In this document: one piece after another, positions 28,329-39,100 of the stretch | How positions within the stretch are numbered: position 1 is the stretch's first letter | How the letters are laid out: each line of letters begins with the position of its first letter | DNA from: an uncultured Alphaproteobacteria bacterium | Lineage (GTDB): Bacteria > Pseudomonadota > Alphaproteobacteria > JAJFIK01 | Direction of reading: 5' to 3' | NCBI GenBank assembly: GCA_964561475.1 | Contig: CAZLPU010000011.1 | Location: 5,021 to 69,020 of the forward strand | DNA length: 64,000 bases | Notes under the pieces: generated by a model | Database searches by the model: none | What the model was told of the DNA's origin: nothing | What the model saw: only the letters and a program-made list of their open reading frames with translations | Position numbers and translations under genes: made by a program

Positions 28329-28737
28329 GCAAGCTGAATACCCTGGTGCGTTATTGGGGCGTGTTGATTGGGGTGGCGGTGGCGTCGACTGTCGGTGCGC
28401 CGGGACAAATTGTCATAGGATGGAAAGGATTTGGAACCTTTTCTGCCACCGTTCAGAAAAGCGGCGTGATCAGTCCTGTTATGCTAATTTCTAGCAAAAC
28501 GATACTCATTGCACCTGATGACTGTTCCTTGGATCTATGGTGCTGATGAGGATTTGCGCCGTTCCCTGCGGGCCCCGTTCTGAGTTTATTCCGGCTCCGG
28601 CATTTCCGCTTTGTCCTGGCCACGCGCCAGGGTGGTGATCCGCCGGTTGATCGGCGGCAAAGAGGCAATAACCGGGGGGACGCCAGGGTTCTGACATGTT
28701 AAGACCCCCGTAATTGGGAACTGGAGAGGGCTCAGAG

Positions 28738-29799
28738 ATGCGAGTGTTATGGAAATATTTGATTGTGTTGGCCACGGTCGGGTCGGTTGCGGCATGCACT
28801 GAAGAACTCCCCGAACCGGACGCCCCCGCAGTGCGCCCGGCAAAAATCTTCGAAGTGAAAGAAAGCACGGTCGTCCGGTCGTTCCGCCTGCCGATGGTTG
28901 TGGGCGCGGCGGAAACCACGGTCATTGCCTTCCAGGTCGGCGGCCTCCTGCAGGAGTTGAGTGTCAACGAAGGCGAGGAGATTGAAGCCGGCAAGCAACT
29001 TGCCCAGCTTGATCAGCGCAACTTCGAGAACGCTGTCTCCGTGGCCCGGGCCGAGTTCCAACAGGCCAGGGATGATTTTGCCCGTGCCCAGGAATTGATC
29101 CAGCGTGGCAATATCGCTCGCAGCACCTTCGATCAGCGCAGGGCGGCGGCGGACATTGCTCGGGCACGGCTGGACTCCGCAGAGAAGGACCTGAGCGACT
29201 CCACACTCTTCGCGCCCTTCAATGGCATCGTCGCCGATATCCATGTGGAAGCCTTTGAAACGGTCAGCGCGAGCCAGCCCATCATGACCCTCCAGGGTGC
29301 TGAAGCGGTCGAGGCCGTGGTGCAGATCCCGGCTTCCATCGTGATCAATGCCGATCTGATCCAGCCCGTCGATCTCTATGTCGTCCTGGACGCGGCGCCC
29401 AATCTCCGGCTGGTCGCGACACTGAGCGAGACCACGGCCCTGGCCGATGCCCAAACCCAGACATTCGAAACCAAATTCTCGTTCGCCACACCTGAAGGCC
29501 TGACGATCCTGCCCGGCATGACCGGCCTGATCTATGGCCGTTACACCCTCGCCGGTGAAGATGGTGCGCAAACAAACATTCAGGTGCCGGTGAACTCGGT
29601 CCAGAGCGAGGCCGGCCAGACATATGTCTGGCTCGTGGATCCGGACACGCTGACCGTGACACGCCGGGATATCGTCCTCGGAGAGCCTGAAGGAGGCACG
29701 GTGACCGTGGCGGGCGGACTGGCCGCCGGCGATCAGATCATTGCGGCAGGCGGCACCTACCTGACCGAAGGCGCTAAAGTGCGTCGCTACGAACCGTAA
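28738..29799 (+). CDS. Efflux RND transporter periplasmic adaptor subunit (membrane fusion protein, HlyD/AcrA family), lipoprotein-type N-terminus
   Basis: Signal peptide with a Cys (VAACTE). Coiled-coil hairpin and beta-barrel/MP domains. 353 aa. Confidence 0.85.
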   Translation: MRVLWKYLIVLATVGSVAACTEELPEPDAPAVRPAKIFEVKESTVVRSFRLPMVVGAAETTVIAFQVGGLLQELSVNEGEEIEAGKQLAQLDQRNFENAVSVARAEFQQARDDFARAQELIQRGNIARSTFDQRRAAADIARARLDSAEKDLSDSTLFAPFNGIVADIHVEAFETVSASQPIMTLQGAEAVEAVVQIPASIVINADLIQPVDLYVVLDAAPNLRLVATLSETTALADAQTQTFETKFSFATPEGLTILPGMTGLIYGRYTLAGEDGAQTNIQVPVNSVQSEAGQTYVWLVDPDTLTVTRRDIVLGEPEGGTVTVAGGLAAGDQIIAAGGTYLTEGAKVRRYEP

Positions 29800-29810
29800 G
29801 GGGCGGCGCC

Positions 29811-32800
29811 ATGAATATTGCAGAGTATTCCATCAAGAACCGGCTGATCATGTGGATCGTCGTGGCAATTTCCCTGGTGGGCGGCTACTTCGCCTATCAG
29901 ACCATGCCCCGGTTCGAGGATCCCGAATTCACCATCCGGACTGCGCAGATCTACACCCAGTATCCTGGGGCGACACCTCTTGAAGTGGCCAACGAGGTGA
30001 GCGATGCCATCGAGACCGAACTGCAGAGCATGCAGGAAGTCGATGAGATCCGCTCCACCTCCAGTTATGGCTTCTCCATCGTCGAGGTGGATATCAAGCA
30101 CGCGTTCTCGCCGAACAAGGATGACCTCTCCCGGGTCTTCAACCGTCTGCGCGCCAGGGTCTCCGATGCCCGCGCCAAGCTGCCCTCAGGTGCAGGGACA
30201 CCGGTGGTCAATGACGATTTCGGTGACGTTTACGGCCTTTACTATGTGATCACCGGCCCAGGTTTTTCCCTGGCTGAACTCTATGAGTATGCCTGGGATC
30301 TGCGCACGGACCTTCTCGCGGTCGAGGACGTCGCCAAGGTCAGCACCTTCGGGGAACGGACCGAGGCGATCTATGTGGAAATCGCCCGGGACCGGGCCGC
30401 AGCTTTCGGCGTGCAGCTTGAAAGCGTCTTTGCGGACCTCTCCGGCCAGAATGCCGTTGTGTCCGCGGGCGATGCCAAGGTCGGGGATCTGCGCGTGGTC
30501 ATTCGGCCCACCGGTGAGCTGAGCTCCGTGGAAGCCATCGGCAATGTGGTGGTCTCCGGCAACAATGGCGGGGATATCACCTATCTCCGCGACATCGCCA
30601 CGGTGAGACGGGGCTATGTCGAGCCCGCAAGCGTCATGGCCCGGTTCAACGGCGCCGATGCGATTGCCTTGGGAATCTCGAATGTCAGCGGCTCGAATGT
30701 CGCCAAGATCGGCGAAGACATCCGGGCGAAACTGGCCGAAACCCAGGCGAGCCGTCCTCTCGGGATCGAAGTCCATGAGTTCTATCACCAGGGCGATGCG
30801 GTCAACGCGGCAGTGGAGAGCTTCGTTCTCAACGTGCTGGCGGCCGTGGTCATCGTGCTGGTCACCCTGTTCATCTTCATGGGGCTGCGCTCGGCCTTGA
30901 TCATCGGCGGCGTCCTGGTCATCACCATCGCCGCAACCCTGGTGACCATGTATTTGATGGCCATCCCCATGCACCGGATTTCCCTCGGGGCCTTGATCAT
31001 CGCCCTGGGGATGCTCGTGGACAACGCCATCGTGATTACCGACGGCATCGTCAATGGGCTCAATCGCGGTGAAAAGCTGCTGACAACCGCCAAATCCATC
31101 GTGGGCAAGACCATCTGGGCGCTGCTCGGCGGTACCCTGGTGGGGATCATCGCCTTTGCCCCCATCGGCTTTGCGCCCGGGAACACCGGTGAATACTGTA
31201 ACCACCTGTTCTGGGTGATCCTGATTTCACTGGGCTACAGCTGGCTGTTCGCCATCACCCTGGTGCCAATGTTGGCCAGCCTGATATTTCCGGAAGCCAA
31301 GTCGGACGGACCCGTGGAGGAGCCCAAAGACGGCTTTGCCATGAAGGCCTACAAATCGTTCCTGCGCGGTGTGCTGGATTTCCGGTTGGCGACCTTCGTT
31401 CTGGCAATCGGGGTCTTCGCGGCCTCGATCTGGTCCTTCCAGTTCGTGAAGAACAGCTTCTTCCCGAATGCGACCACGGAACAAATCGCCATTGATTTCT
31501 TCCTGGCGGAAGGCACGGATATTGAACGCACCTCGGACTATATGAGGGAGATCGAGGCGAAGCTGGCGGAGTATGAGGGGATTGAAGATGTCCATACCCT
31601 TATCGGCGGCAGCACCCTGCGCTACATGCTCATCTACCGGATTGAAAACCGGAACACGAGCTTCGCCCAGATCCTGTTGAACGTGACCGATCTGGAAGCG
31701 GTCACGAGGCTGATGCCGATCCTTCAGCGCGACCTTGACGCTGGCTTCCCGGACGCCCAGGCCCGGGTCTCCCGCTTCGTGTTGGGGCCGAGCCAGGGCT
31801 CGAAGATCGAAGCCACCTTCCTTGGTCCCGATCCGGATGTTCTGCGCGGTCTGGCTAGCCAGGCAAGGTCGATCCTCGCGAACAATCCGTACACGATTGG
31901 GGTCAAGACAGACTGGCGCCAGCAGAAGCCTGTCTTTGAACCGCAATACGCCGCGGAGCGGGGCAATCGTGTCGGTGTGTCCCGGGAGGATCTGGCCAAT
32001 ACTCTCAATGCCACCTTCTCCGGGCGGACCGTGGGCACCTACCGGGACGGGGAGGACCTGATCCCGATCATCTACCGGGCGCCGGAGCGGGAACGGCTGG
32101 ATCTGGCAACAGGTCTCAGCATCCAGATCCCCAGTGAGCGAACCGGCCAGACCGTGCCCCTGTCTGAAACCCTGGAGGGTGCCCGGGTTGTCTGGCGGGA
32201 CAGCATGTTGAAGCGGGAAGACCGGGTCTGGGCCATTTCCGCCCAGGCGGACGCCATGAACGGGCTTCTGCCATCCCAGGTTCTGGCCATGGTGCAGGCC
32301 GACATCGAGGCCATCGAGTTGCCCCGGGGCTACCGGCTGCGCTGGGACGGCGAGGTGGGCGACAGTGCCGAAGCCAACGGCCAGCTCGCAGGGACCATTC
32401 CCCTTGGCATCCTTGCGATGGTTCTGGTGGTGGTCGTGCTGTTCAACGCCCTGCGCCAGCCCCTGGCGATCTGGCTGATGGTGCCCATGGTGATTGTCGG
32501 TGTGGCCGTCGGCCTGATCGCCACGGGCACGCCGCTGGAGTTCATGGCCATTCTTGGTGTCCTGTCCCTGGCGGGTCTGTTCATCAAGAACGCCATCGTG
32601 CTGGTGGATCAGATGGATCTGGAGATCCGGGAAGGCAAACCCCGTTTCGACGCGGTGGTGGACTCCGCGGCAAGCCGGGTGCGTCCCGTCATGCTCGGTG
32701 CCCTGACGACCGTTTTCGGTGTTCTGCCGCTGATGTCCGACGTGTTCTTCGGGTCCATGGCGGTGGTGATCGTCTTTGGTCTCAGCTTCGCGACGGTGCT

Positions 32801-32879
32801 GACCCTGGTGTTGCTGCCGGCAATCTACGCCGCCCTGTTCAACATCAAGCGCGCGGAACGAGCCGAAGCCGCCGCCTAA
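29811..32879 (+). CDS. Efflux RND transporter permease subunit (AcrB/AcrD family)
   Basis: 1022 aa, 12 TM segments with two large periplasmic loops. Typical AcrB N-terminus MNIAEYSIKNRLIMW. Confidence 0.9.
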   Translation: MNIAEYSIKNRLIMWIVVAISLVGGYFAYQTMPRFEDPEFTIRTAQIYTQYPGATPLEVANEVSDAIETELQSMQEVDEIRSTSSYGFSIVEVDIKHAFSPNKDDLSRVFNRLRARVSDARAKLPSGAGTPVVNDDFGDVYGLYYVITGPGFSLAELYEYAWDLRTDLLAVEDVAKVSTFGERTEAIYVEIARDRAAAFGVQLESVFADLSGQNAVVSAGDAKVGDLRVVIRPTGELSSVEAIGNVVVSGNNGGDITYLRDIATVRRGYVEPASVMARFNGADAIALGISNVSGSNVAKIGEDIRAKLAETQASRPLGIEVHEFYHQGDAVNAAVESFVLNVLAAVVIVLVTLFIFMGLRSALIIGGVLVITIAATLVTMYLMAIPMHRISLGALIIALGMLVDNAIVITDGIVNGLNRGEKLLTTAKSIVGKTIWALLGGTLVGIIAFAPIGFAPGNTGEYCNHLFWVILISLGYSWLFAITLVPMLASLIFPEAKSDGPVEEPKDGFAMKAYKSFLRGVLDFRLATFVLAIGVFAASIWSFQFVKNSFFPNATTEQIAIDFFLAEGTDIERTSDYMREIEAKLAEYEGIEDVHTLIGGSTLRYMLIYRIENRNTSFAQILLNVTDLEAVTRLMPILQRDLDAGFPDAQARVSRFVLGPSQGSKIEATFLGPDPDVLRGLASQARSILANNPYTIGVKTDWRQQKPVFEPQYAAERGNRVGVSREDLANTLNATFSGRTVGTYRDGEDLIPIIYRAPERERLDLATGLSIQIPSERTGQTVPLSETLEGARVVWRDSMLKREDRVWAISAQADAMNGLLPSQVLAMVQADIEAIELPRGYRLRWDGEVGDSAEANGQLAGTIPLGILAMVLVVVVLFNALRQPLAIWLMVPMVIVGVAVGLIATGTPLEFMAILGVLSLAGLFIKNAIVLVDQMDLEIREGKPRFDAVVDSAASRVRPVMLGALTTVFGVLPLMSDVFFGSMAVVIVFGLSFATVLTLVLLPAIYAALFNIKRAERAEAAA

Positions 32880-32902
32880 CCCCGTTTCAAAAGTCTGACG
32901 GC

Positions 32903-32937
32903 AAAGGGCGGCGCACCAAGCGTCGCCCTTTTTTGTT
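32903..32937 (+). terminator. Rho-independent terminator after the RND operon
   Basis: AAAGGGCG-(13-nt loop)-CGCCCTTT stem followed by TTTTTTGTT. Lies 24 nt after the RND stop. Confidence 0.7.
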
Positions 32938-33163
32938 GGGCTGGGTTTTATGGCCTGGGCTTTTTGGGCTGCGCGAGGTTTGGATCTTGTGGCCTGTGTC
33001 CTGCACCCGGGGCGCCCGTTCCATCACGCAATCCCGCGCTGGCCGTGAGCGGCTTGTTGACCGGAGCACCGGTCCCCAAATCCAATCAGAGGAAACATAT
33101 TCCACCCCCGGTCCGTTTTTTGCCTACTCGCTTGGGCCGGCTCTGGGGTGAAGAGGAGGCATC

Positions 33164-33844
33164 ATGACCTATCACGTCCCGGAAACCCTCAATGCGGATT
33201 TTACCCGGCCCGCGATCGTTCGCGCCGGTGATCTGCCCTGGACCCCATCCCCCAGCGGCGGCGTGGACCGGCGCTTTCTGGACCGGGTCGGCGGCGAAGT
33301 GGCTCGGGCGACGACCATCGTGCGGTACGGGGCGGGCAGTTCCTTTTCCCGCCACGTCCATGACAAGGGCGAGGAGTTCCTGGTACTGAGCGGTGTCTTT
33401 TCGGACGAGACCGGTGATTTCCCCGCCGGCACGTATGTGCGCAATCCGCCGGGCAGCGGCCATGCTCCCTTCAGCCGCGACGGCTGCATCATCTTCGTGA
33501 AACTGCGACAGATGCCCGATACGGAAGCCGGGACCGTGGTTGTTCAGACGCGGGAGCAACCTCTTGCCAAGACCGGCGTGGGGGGCCTCAAGCGTCTGGA
33601 TCTCTATGGATCAGACACCGGCGAGCAGGTTGCCCTGGAGTTTCTGGCTCCGGGCACGGAATGGACCGGCCGCGCTGCCCAGGGCGGAGAGGAGATCCTC
33701 GTTCTCCACGGCGACATGGTCTATGGAGACGAGCGGTGCGGGCCAGAGACCTGGCTGCGATACCCGGAAGGCATGGCCCAACCCATCCGCACGGAGAAGG
33801 GGTGCCTCATCTGGGTCAAGCGGGGCCATCTGCCGCCGGCCTGA
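33164..33844 (+). CDS. Bicupin protein resembling the ChrR anti-sigma-factor C-terminal cupin domain (no N-terminal ZAS anti-sigma domain)
   Basis: 226 aa. Two cupin barrels with G.E.LVLSG...DE.G......Y.RNPPGS.H.PFS..GC patterns. Strong AAGAGGAGG RBS. Confidence 0.6.
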   Translation: MTYHVPETLNADFTRPAIVRAGDLPWTPSPSGGVDRRFLDRVGGEVARATTIVRYGAGSSFSRHVHDKGEEFLVLSGVFSDETGDFPAGTYVRNPPGSGHAPFSRDGCIIFVKLRQMPDTEAGTVVVQTREQPLAKTGVGGLKRLDLYGSDTGEQVALEFLAPGTEWTGRAAQGGEEILVLHGDMVYGDERCGPETWLRYPEGMAQPIRTEKGCLIWVKRGHLPPA

Positions 33845-33951
33845 TTCCCGGCCTGATTCAATGAGATCCGGTTTCGTTCAAACGGAAGCGGCGCTGTTGT
33901 CTTGTCGCTCACGGTGCGCAGCACCTCCGCGGGGGCACCCAGCAGGGGGGA

Positions 33952-34986
33952 TCACTTGCGCCGGAACAGGCTTGAGGCCCCATAACCGAAGGCAACCGCC
34001 GTGAACACAGCGAACAGACCATAGAGCAGGGGGGTCTGGTGGGCGAACTGGTAGACGGTGTTCTCGAACCCGTCTTTCTCAACGACCAGGGGAACGGTCT
34101 GTGCACCGATCACTTCACCGTCCCGAATGGCCAGAACCCTGGCGGTGTATGTGCCCAGGGGCACCTGGGCGGGCAGGTCGATCACCGCATGAAAAAGACG
34201 CCCGCCCCGGAGCACCACACCCCCCGGCTCCTCGATATACAGGTTCTTGTTCTGCTTCAGACGAATAAGGGCCTGCCGGAAGGACTCCAGCTCGTCGGCT
34301 GAAGCGGACTGTTCCGCATCGATACCGCCTGAGGATTCATCGCCAGTCTCATCGCCGGTGTCGCCCCCAACCTCACCCTCTGCCTCATCTTCGACCAGAT
34401 CCTCTGCCGGGGTCTGCGCGTCGTCCGTGTTCGACGGCTGCCCCAGGATCATGGTGCTGTCCCGTGGCTCATCAGGAACCGGTGTCGGGGCTGGGACAGG
34501 GGTCGGTGCCATGGGAAGGGGGGCGGTGACATTGAAGCCCAGCCGGTTGCGGTTGAGAAAGGCCTCATCGGCGATCTCGTCCAGAGGGCGTGTGCTGATG
34601 ATGGAAAGGAAGGAGGGGACCTCCCGGAAGGTCATGGCTTCGCGGTTGACCCAGATACCGCCCACATTGCTCTTCTGGCGCACGGTCACATTCTGGACCG
34701 GTCCCTCAAGGCGGATGATGACGTCCACCGGTGCCGGGCGGCTGATCAGGAAGCCGTCGCTGGACTGGGCCTGGGGTGAGCCGACAAGGCCGAATGCATG
34801 GATGCGTGCCCCGGTGAAGTTGGAGTGGATCTTGACTACATAGTCGGAGAAATCCGCGATCAGGGTTTCCGCCCGCGCCGGAGCCGACAAACACATGCCC
34901 AAGCAAACGATCCCGAGCAGCCTCCAGACCAGGGCCGCCGGTCTTGCCCGGAGAGTTCTACGCGCGGCGGGCCGGACCGTTCCCAT
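33952..34986 (-). CDS. TIGR02186/Alph_Pro_TM-like protein
   Basis: 344 aa. Signal peptide. Acidic low-complexity mid-region. A single C-terminal TM (LLYGLFAVFTAVAFGYGASSLF). Start overlaps the stop of the downstream TauE gene. Confidence 0.55.
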   Translation of the reverse strand: MGTVRPAARRTLRARPAALVWRLLGIVCLGMCLSAPARAETLIADFSDYVVKIHSNFTGARIHAFGLVGSPQAQSSDGFLISRPAPVDVIIRLEGPVQNVTVRQKSNVGGIWVNREAMTFREVPSFLSIISTRPLDEIADEAFLNRNRLGFNVTAPLPMAPTPVPAPTPVPDEPRDSTMILGQPSNTDDAQTPAEDLVEDEAEGEVGGDTGDETGDESSGGIDAEQSASADELESFRQALIRLKQNKNLYIEEPGGVVLRGGRLFHAVIDLPAQVPLGTYTARVLAIRDGEVIGAQTVPLVVEKDGFENTVYQFAHQTPLLYGLFAVFTAVAFGYGASSLFRRK

Positions 34987-35909
34987 CACCCTTCTCCCAC
35001 CGTCAGGGAAAAGAGTTCTTCCGGGGTCATGAAAAGATCGAGAGCAAGTTTGAGACAGACCGCAAGAACGAGAACGCCCAGAAGGGCCCGCAACTGATCG
35101 CCGCGCAGTTTATGCCCGATACGCACCCCGAGCTGGACGCCGAACACCCCGCCAACCAGAAGCAGCAGCGCCAGGATCACATCCACGGTCTGATTGGTGA
35201 CCGAATGGAGGATCGTGACCAGGGCTGTGACAAACAGGATTTGAAAGAGGGAGGTTCCGACCACAATATTAGTAGGCATCCGTAGCAGGTAGATCATGGC
35301 GGGCACCATGATGAAGCCGCCGCCGACCCCCATAATCGCGGCCAGCAGCCCAACCACAAAGCCGATGGCCAGGGGCAGAAGCGCACTGATGTAAAGCCGC
35401 GAGGCCTTGAAGCGCATCTTGAACGGGAGCCCGTGAACCCAGGTGTGACGGTTCTTGCGCCGGGATGCCGGCCGGCGGCCCTTGTCATGGGCCCGCATGG
35501 CGCTGAACCCTTCAGCGACCATCAAGGAGCCGATCACCCCCAAGAGCACCACATAGGATATGGAAATCAGCAGCTCCACCTGCCCGATCTGGTGAAGCAA
35601 ACGAAAGATGCCGATCCCCGCGACGGAGCCCACGACACCGCCGGCCAGAAGGACCGTGCCCATGCGGAAATCCACCGCCTTGCGCCGCCAATGGGCCGAC
35701 ACGCCGCTGACAGATGATGCCACGATCTGGTTGGCTTCCGTGGCGACGGCAACGGCGGGGGGGATTCCGTAGAAAATCAGAAGAGGGGTCATCAGGAAGC
35801 CGCCGCCGACCCCGAACATGCCCGACAGGACACCCACACCACCGCCCATGAGCAGGATGACAAGCGCGTTCACGGAAATTTCCGCGATGGGCAGATAGAT
35901 CTGGAACAT
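34986..35909 (-). CDS. Sulfite-exporter TauE/SafE family (DUF81) permease
   Basis: Two internal repeats with the GxGGG motif (MGGGVGVLSGMFGVGGGF, IMGVGGGFIMVPAMIY). About 307 aa from ATG 35909. An alternative upstream ATG at 35972. Confidence 0.8.
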   Translation of the reverse strand: MFQIYLPIAEISVNALVILLMGGGVGVLSGMFGVGGGFLMTPLLIFYGIPPAVAVATEANQIVASSVSGVSAHWRRKAVDFRMGTVLLAGGVVGSVAGIGIFRLLHQIGQVELLISISYVVLLGVIGSLMVAEGFSAMRAHDKGRRPASRRKNRHTWVHGLPFKMRFKASRLYISALLPLAIGFVVGLLAAIMGVGGGFIMVPAMIYLLRMPTNIVVGTSLFQILFVTALVTILHSVTNQTVDVILALLLLVGGVFGVQLGVRIGHKLRGDQLRALLGVLVLAVCLKLALDLFMTPEELFSLTVGEG

Positions 35910-36124
35910 GGTACCCGGTCGTCCGGAGGCGGAAGATGACGGCTTACACCGCGCCCACGACCCGGCTGGCATGGAGCCGGGCAGCGTAGCCGGTCAGAGT
36001 AAACCAATGGCGTTGCTCTAGCATAGCCTTGGATTACTGCCCAGGGCAGTGTCCCTGGAAAGATCCACCATATCCATGTGGGCATTCCATGGCGGCTGGG
36101 CAGGTATCGCCAAACGAGGGCGTC

Positions 36125-39100
36125 TTACCGGCCCTGGCGGGCCTGCGCCCTCAACCGGTCCATGAGAGTGGCCGACCATTCGCCGGTGACGGGGAGACCG
36201 GCCGTGCGCTGGAACTGGCGCACCGCCTCCCGGGTCCTTGGACCGAACGTGCCGTCCACGGCGCCGATATCATAGCCAATCCCGGCGAGCAGGGACTGCA
36301 TCATCTCGATGTCGCCGGGCTGGCTGTTCCTGTCCGCGGTTTTGTCTTGAAACAAACCATTCGCGGCCTTGTTCATCTCCTCGGGTGTCCAGTTCGCCGC
36401 CTGAGAGCGGATGGCCTGGCCTTCCTGACCGAGGGACCGGGTCAGATCGTCCCGGTGGATCACAGCTTCCTGATCGCCCTGGGCCGCCGCGATGGTGAAC
36501 CAATGCAGGGCCTGGGCAGGGTCACGGTTCACCCCTTCACCGCGCAGATAGAGGACGGCAAGGTTGAACTGGGAATCCGTCACGCCAAGCCGTGCGGCCC
36601 GTTCAAACCAGGAGGCGGCGCGGGTGTAGTCCTGGGGCACACCGACTCCGGAGGCAAAGATGACCGCCAGATTGTGCATGGCGCGGCGGTTACCGGCGAG
36701 GGCCGCGACCTCGAAATGGCTGCGGGCCCGGGCCTGATCCTGGGCCACCCCCCGCCCTTCCTGATAGAGCGTGCCCAGATGATAGTGGGCGGCTGCCAGT
36801 CCGGACCGGGCCGCCTGATCCAGCATGCGGGCGGCGTTCTGGTCTGAGGTACTTCCCTGTCGGGCATTCAGGAGGGAGATGGCTTCCGCATACAGGGCTT
36901 CGCCGTTCAGGGAGGCATTGCGGCTGTCGAGAAGGGGTGTGCCGGCCAGGGCAGGGCTGGTCTCCAGCCTCGTTGTCCCCGAATTGCCTGTTCCCGGATT
37001 GCTTGCCCCCGCGTCCTGGCGCAGGGCGCCCGCCCTCGGATCAATCCGGCCGATTGATGAGGGAGCCGGATCTTCCAAGGCGCTGAGGGCGCTTTGACCC
37101 ATGCCATCAAGGCCGCCGACACCGGCGGTGTTCGTGGCAGCGAGAGTATCGAACACCGGAGCCAATGGGCCTGATCCGGTATCGGATGGGAGCGCGGCGT
37201 CTTGCCAGAACGGCGTTGCGCCGGAGCCCGGTGCGGATGGGCCACCGTCCTGATCCAGGCCGCGCATGAGCACCATGGCCCCAACCGCAAGGGCGCCGAG
37301 GCAGGCCGTGGTCAGCAAGACAATCGCAACCGGCCGGTTGGTCCAGCTGCGCTCTTCCGGGTCATCGGAAAAGTCCGCCGCATTCTGATGGGTCCTGCCG
37401 CGGCCGGAGGATCCGGCCAGGGGGCGGTCCCGGTTCGCATACGCGTCTTCGCCCGGTGTTTCCGAGCTCTCATTCCGGAAGGCCTGCTCGTCGAAGGTGG
37501 GCGGTTCATCCAGAAAGGCGGTTTCCTCGCGGGTGCCCTGGAACCACTTCTGGCCTGGCTCATCCTGCCTTAGGGGCCGGTCCTGCTCGTAATCCTGTTC
37601 CTGGCCGTTGCGCTCTTCCTCCGCCCGTGCCCGGGCAGCGGCTTCAGCAGCCTCGCGGGCTGCATCGAGAAAGTCGAAAGGACCCGATGGATCGTCGTCT
37701 TCGTCCTCAAAGGCCGTCTGGCTGTAGGCGCTTTCCCGTGTCTCGGGCCCGTCGGCGCGCAGACCCATGGCTTGCCCGTGATCATTCTCATCCTGACCTT
37801 GGCTATCAAATCCTTGGTGGGCTTCGCGGAACGGGGGTGTATCGCGTTCCGCGGCGGTGTCCTCATCGGTGACGACGCCCTGTCGGGGGCCCTGGATCAT
37901 CCGGTCTGCGAGCGTGCGCATCTCTGCGCGCAGATCTTCCAGACTGCGGGTGTTTTGTCGCTCCATCTGATCAAGACGGTCGTCGAGCATGTCAAAACTG
38001 GCGGAATTGCTGTTTCCGGAGCCACCGCCGGAGAACTGGGGTCCATCGTCCCGCAGGGCCTGGAGATGATCGTGGATGGCGGTGACATCCCGCTCCAGGG
38101 TCTGGATGGCCTCGGCGCTGCGGTCTTCCGCCCCTTCCAGACGCTGGGTGAATTCATCCAGAGCCTTGCCCAAAGCCCGGTCCAGAGCACCGGAAAGCGC
38201 GGTGTTCAAGGCCCCGTCCAGGGCGCCGGTCAGGGCACCGCTGACAGCACCATCAAGGGCCCCGTCCAAGGCTTCGGTTACCGTGCGGACAGTCTGTTCC
38301 TGCATCCGCTGCTCAAGGGCCGCAAGGGCCTTGGGCTGAACGGCGCTTTGGGCCTTGGAGGAGACATGGTCCAGGGTTTCGCTGAGTTCGAAGATCCGCT
38401 CACGCAGGGAATCGGTACCCGCCGCATGATCCCCCTGCAATTCCTCGATCCGGGCTTCCATCTGGCTCAGCTTGGCCTCAATCGCCCCAAGCCCGCCGGC
38501 ACCTTCATCGTCCCGTTCCTCTGCCTGGAGGGTGAGACGGCGGACCGCATCCTCCAGCCCCGCCAGGGATTCCAGGTCGCCCTTGTCCGCCTGTTCAAGC
38601 TGGGTCATCCGGGCGCCCAGATCCTGCACCTGGGTGGTCAGGGCACGGAAAGCATTGATGAATTCGGCGTTGACGGCGGTGCCTTGGCCAGGGGCCTCCT
38701 CCGGGCTGTCCTGAGTGGCGGCATTGTCTCCGGAGATCCTGGACGCGAGTGCCGAAAGGGCATCGGTGATACCGGTGAATGCCCGGGCGCTGCGCTCATC
38801 CGCCTTGTCCATACGGGACGCCAGGGCATCGATGGCGTTGGTCAGAGGCGCGATGTCGAGTTCGGTTGCATCAGGTGTGCGTGCGGGGGCAGGCGCTGGA
38901 GCGGCGCTGGGGGCCGGACCCGGGAGGTTCTGCTCCGGCAAGCTGTTCGGTTCGGCCAAGTGGTCTTGTTCGTCCCGATTATCCTGGTCCGAAGTCCGGT
39001 TGCGGTTGCGTTCTTTTTCCCGCTGCCGGTCGCGATCCATCGGACGGGTGCTGCGCATACGCTGGAGGGCTTCGTTGATCGCAGCGGAATAATCGGCCGG

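Noticed and set aside
28313-28546. 77-codon ORF with one hydrophobic helix in the RND upstream region
   Set aside because: It starts in a GC-rich hairpin and runs into an AT-rich patch with poor codon bias and no RBS, so it is kept only as a remark. Ribo-seq would decide.
28747-31205. 274-aa and 339-aa minus-strand ORFs
   Set aside because: Antisense to the RND adaptor and permease genes.
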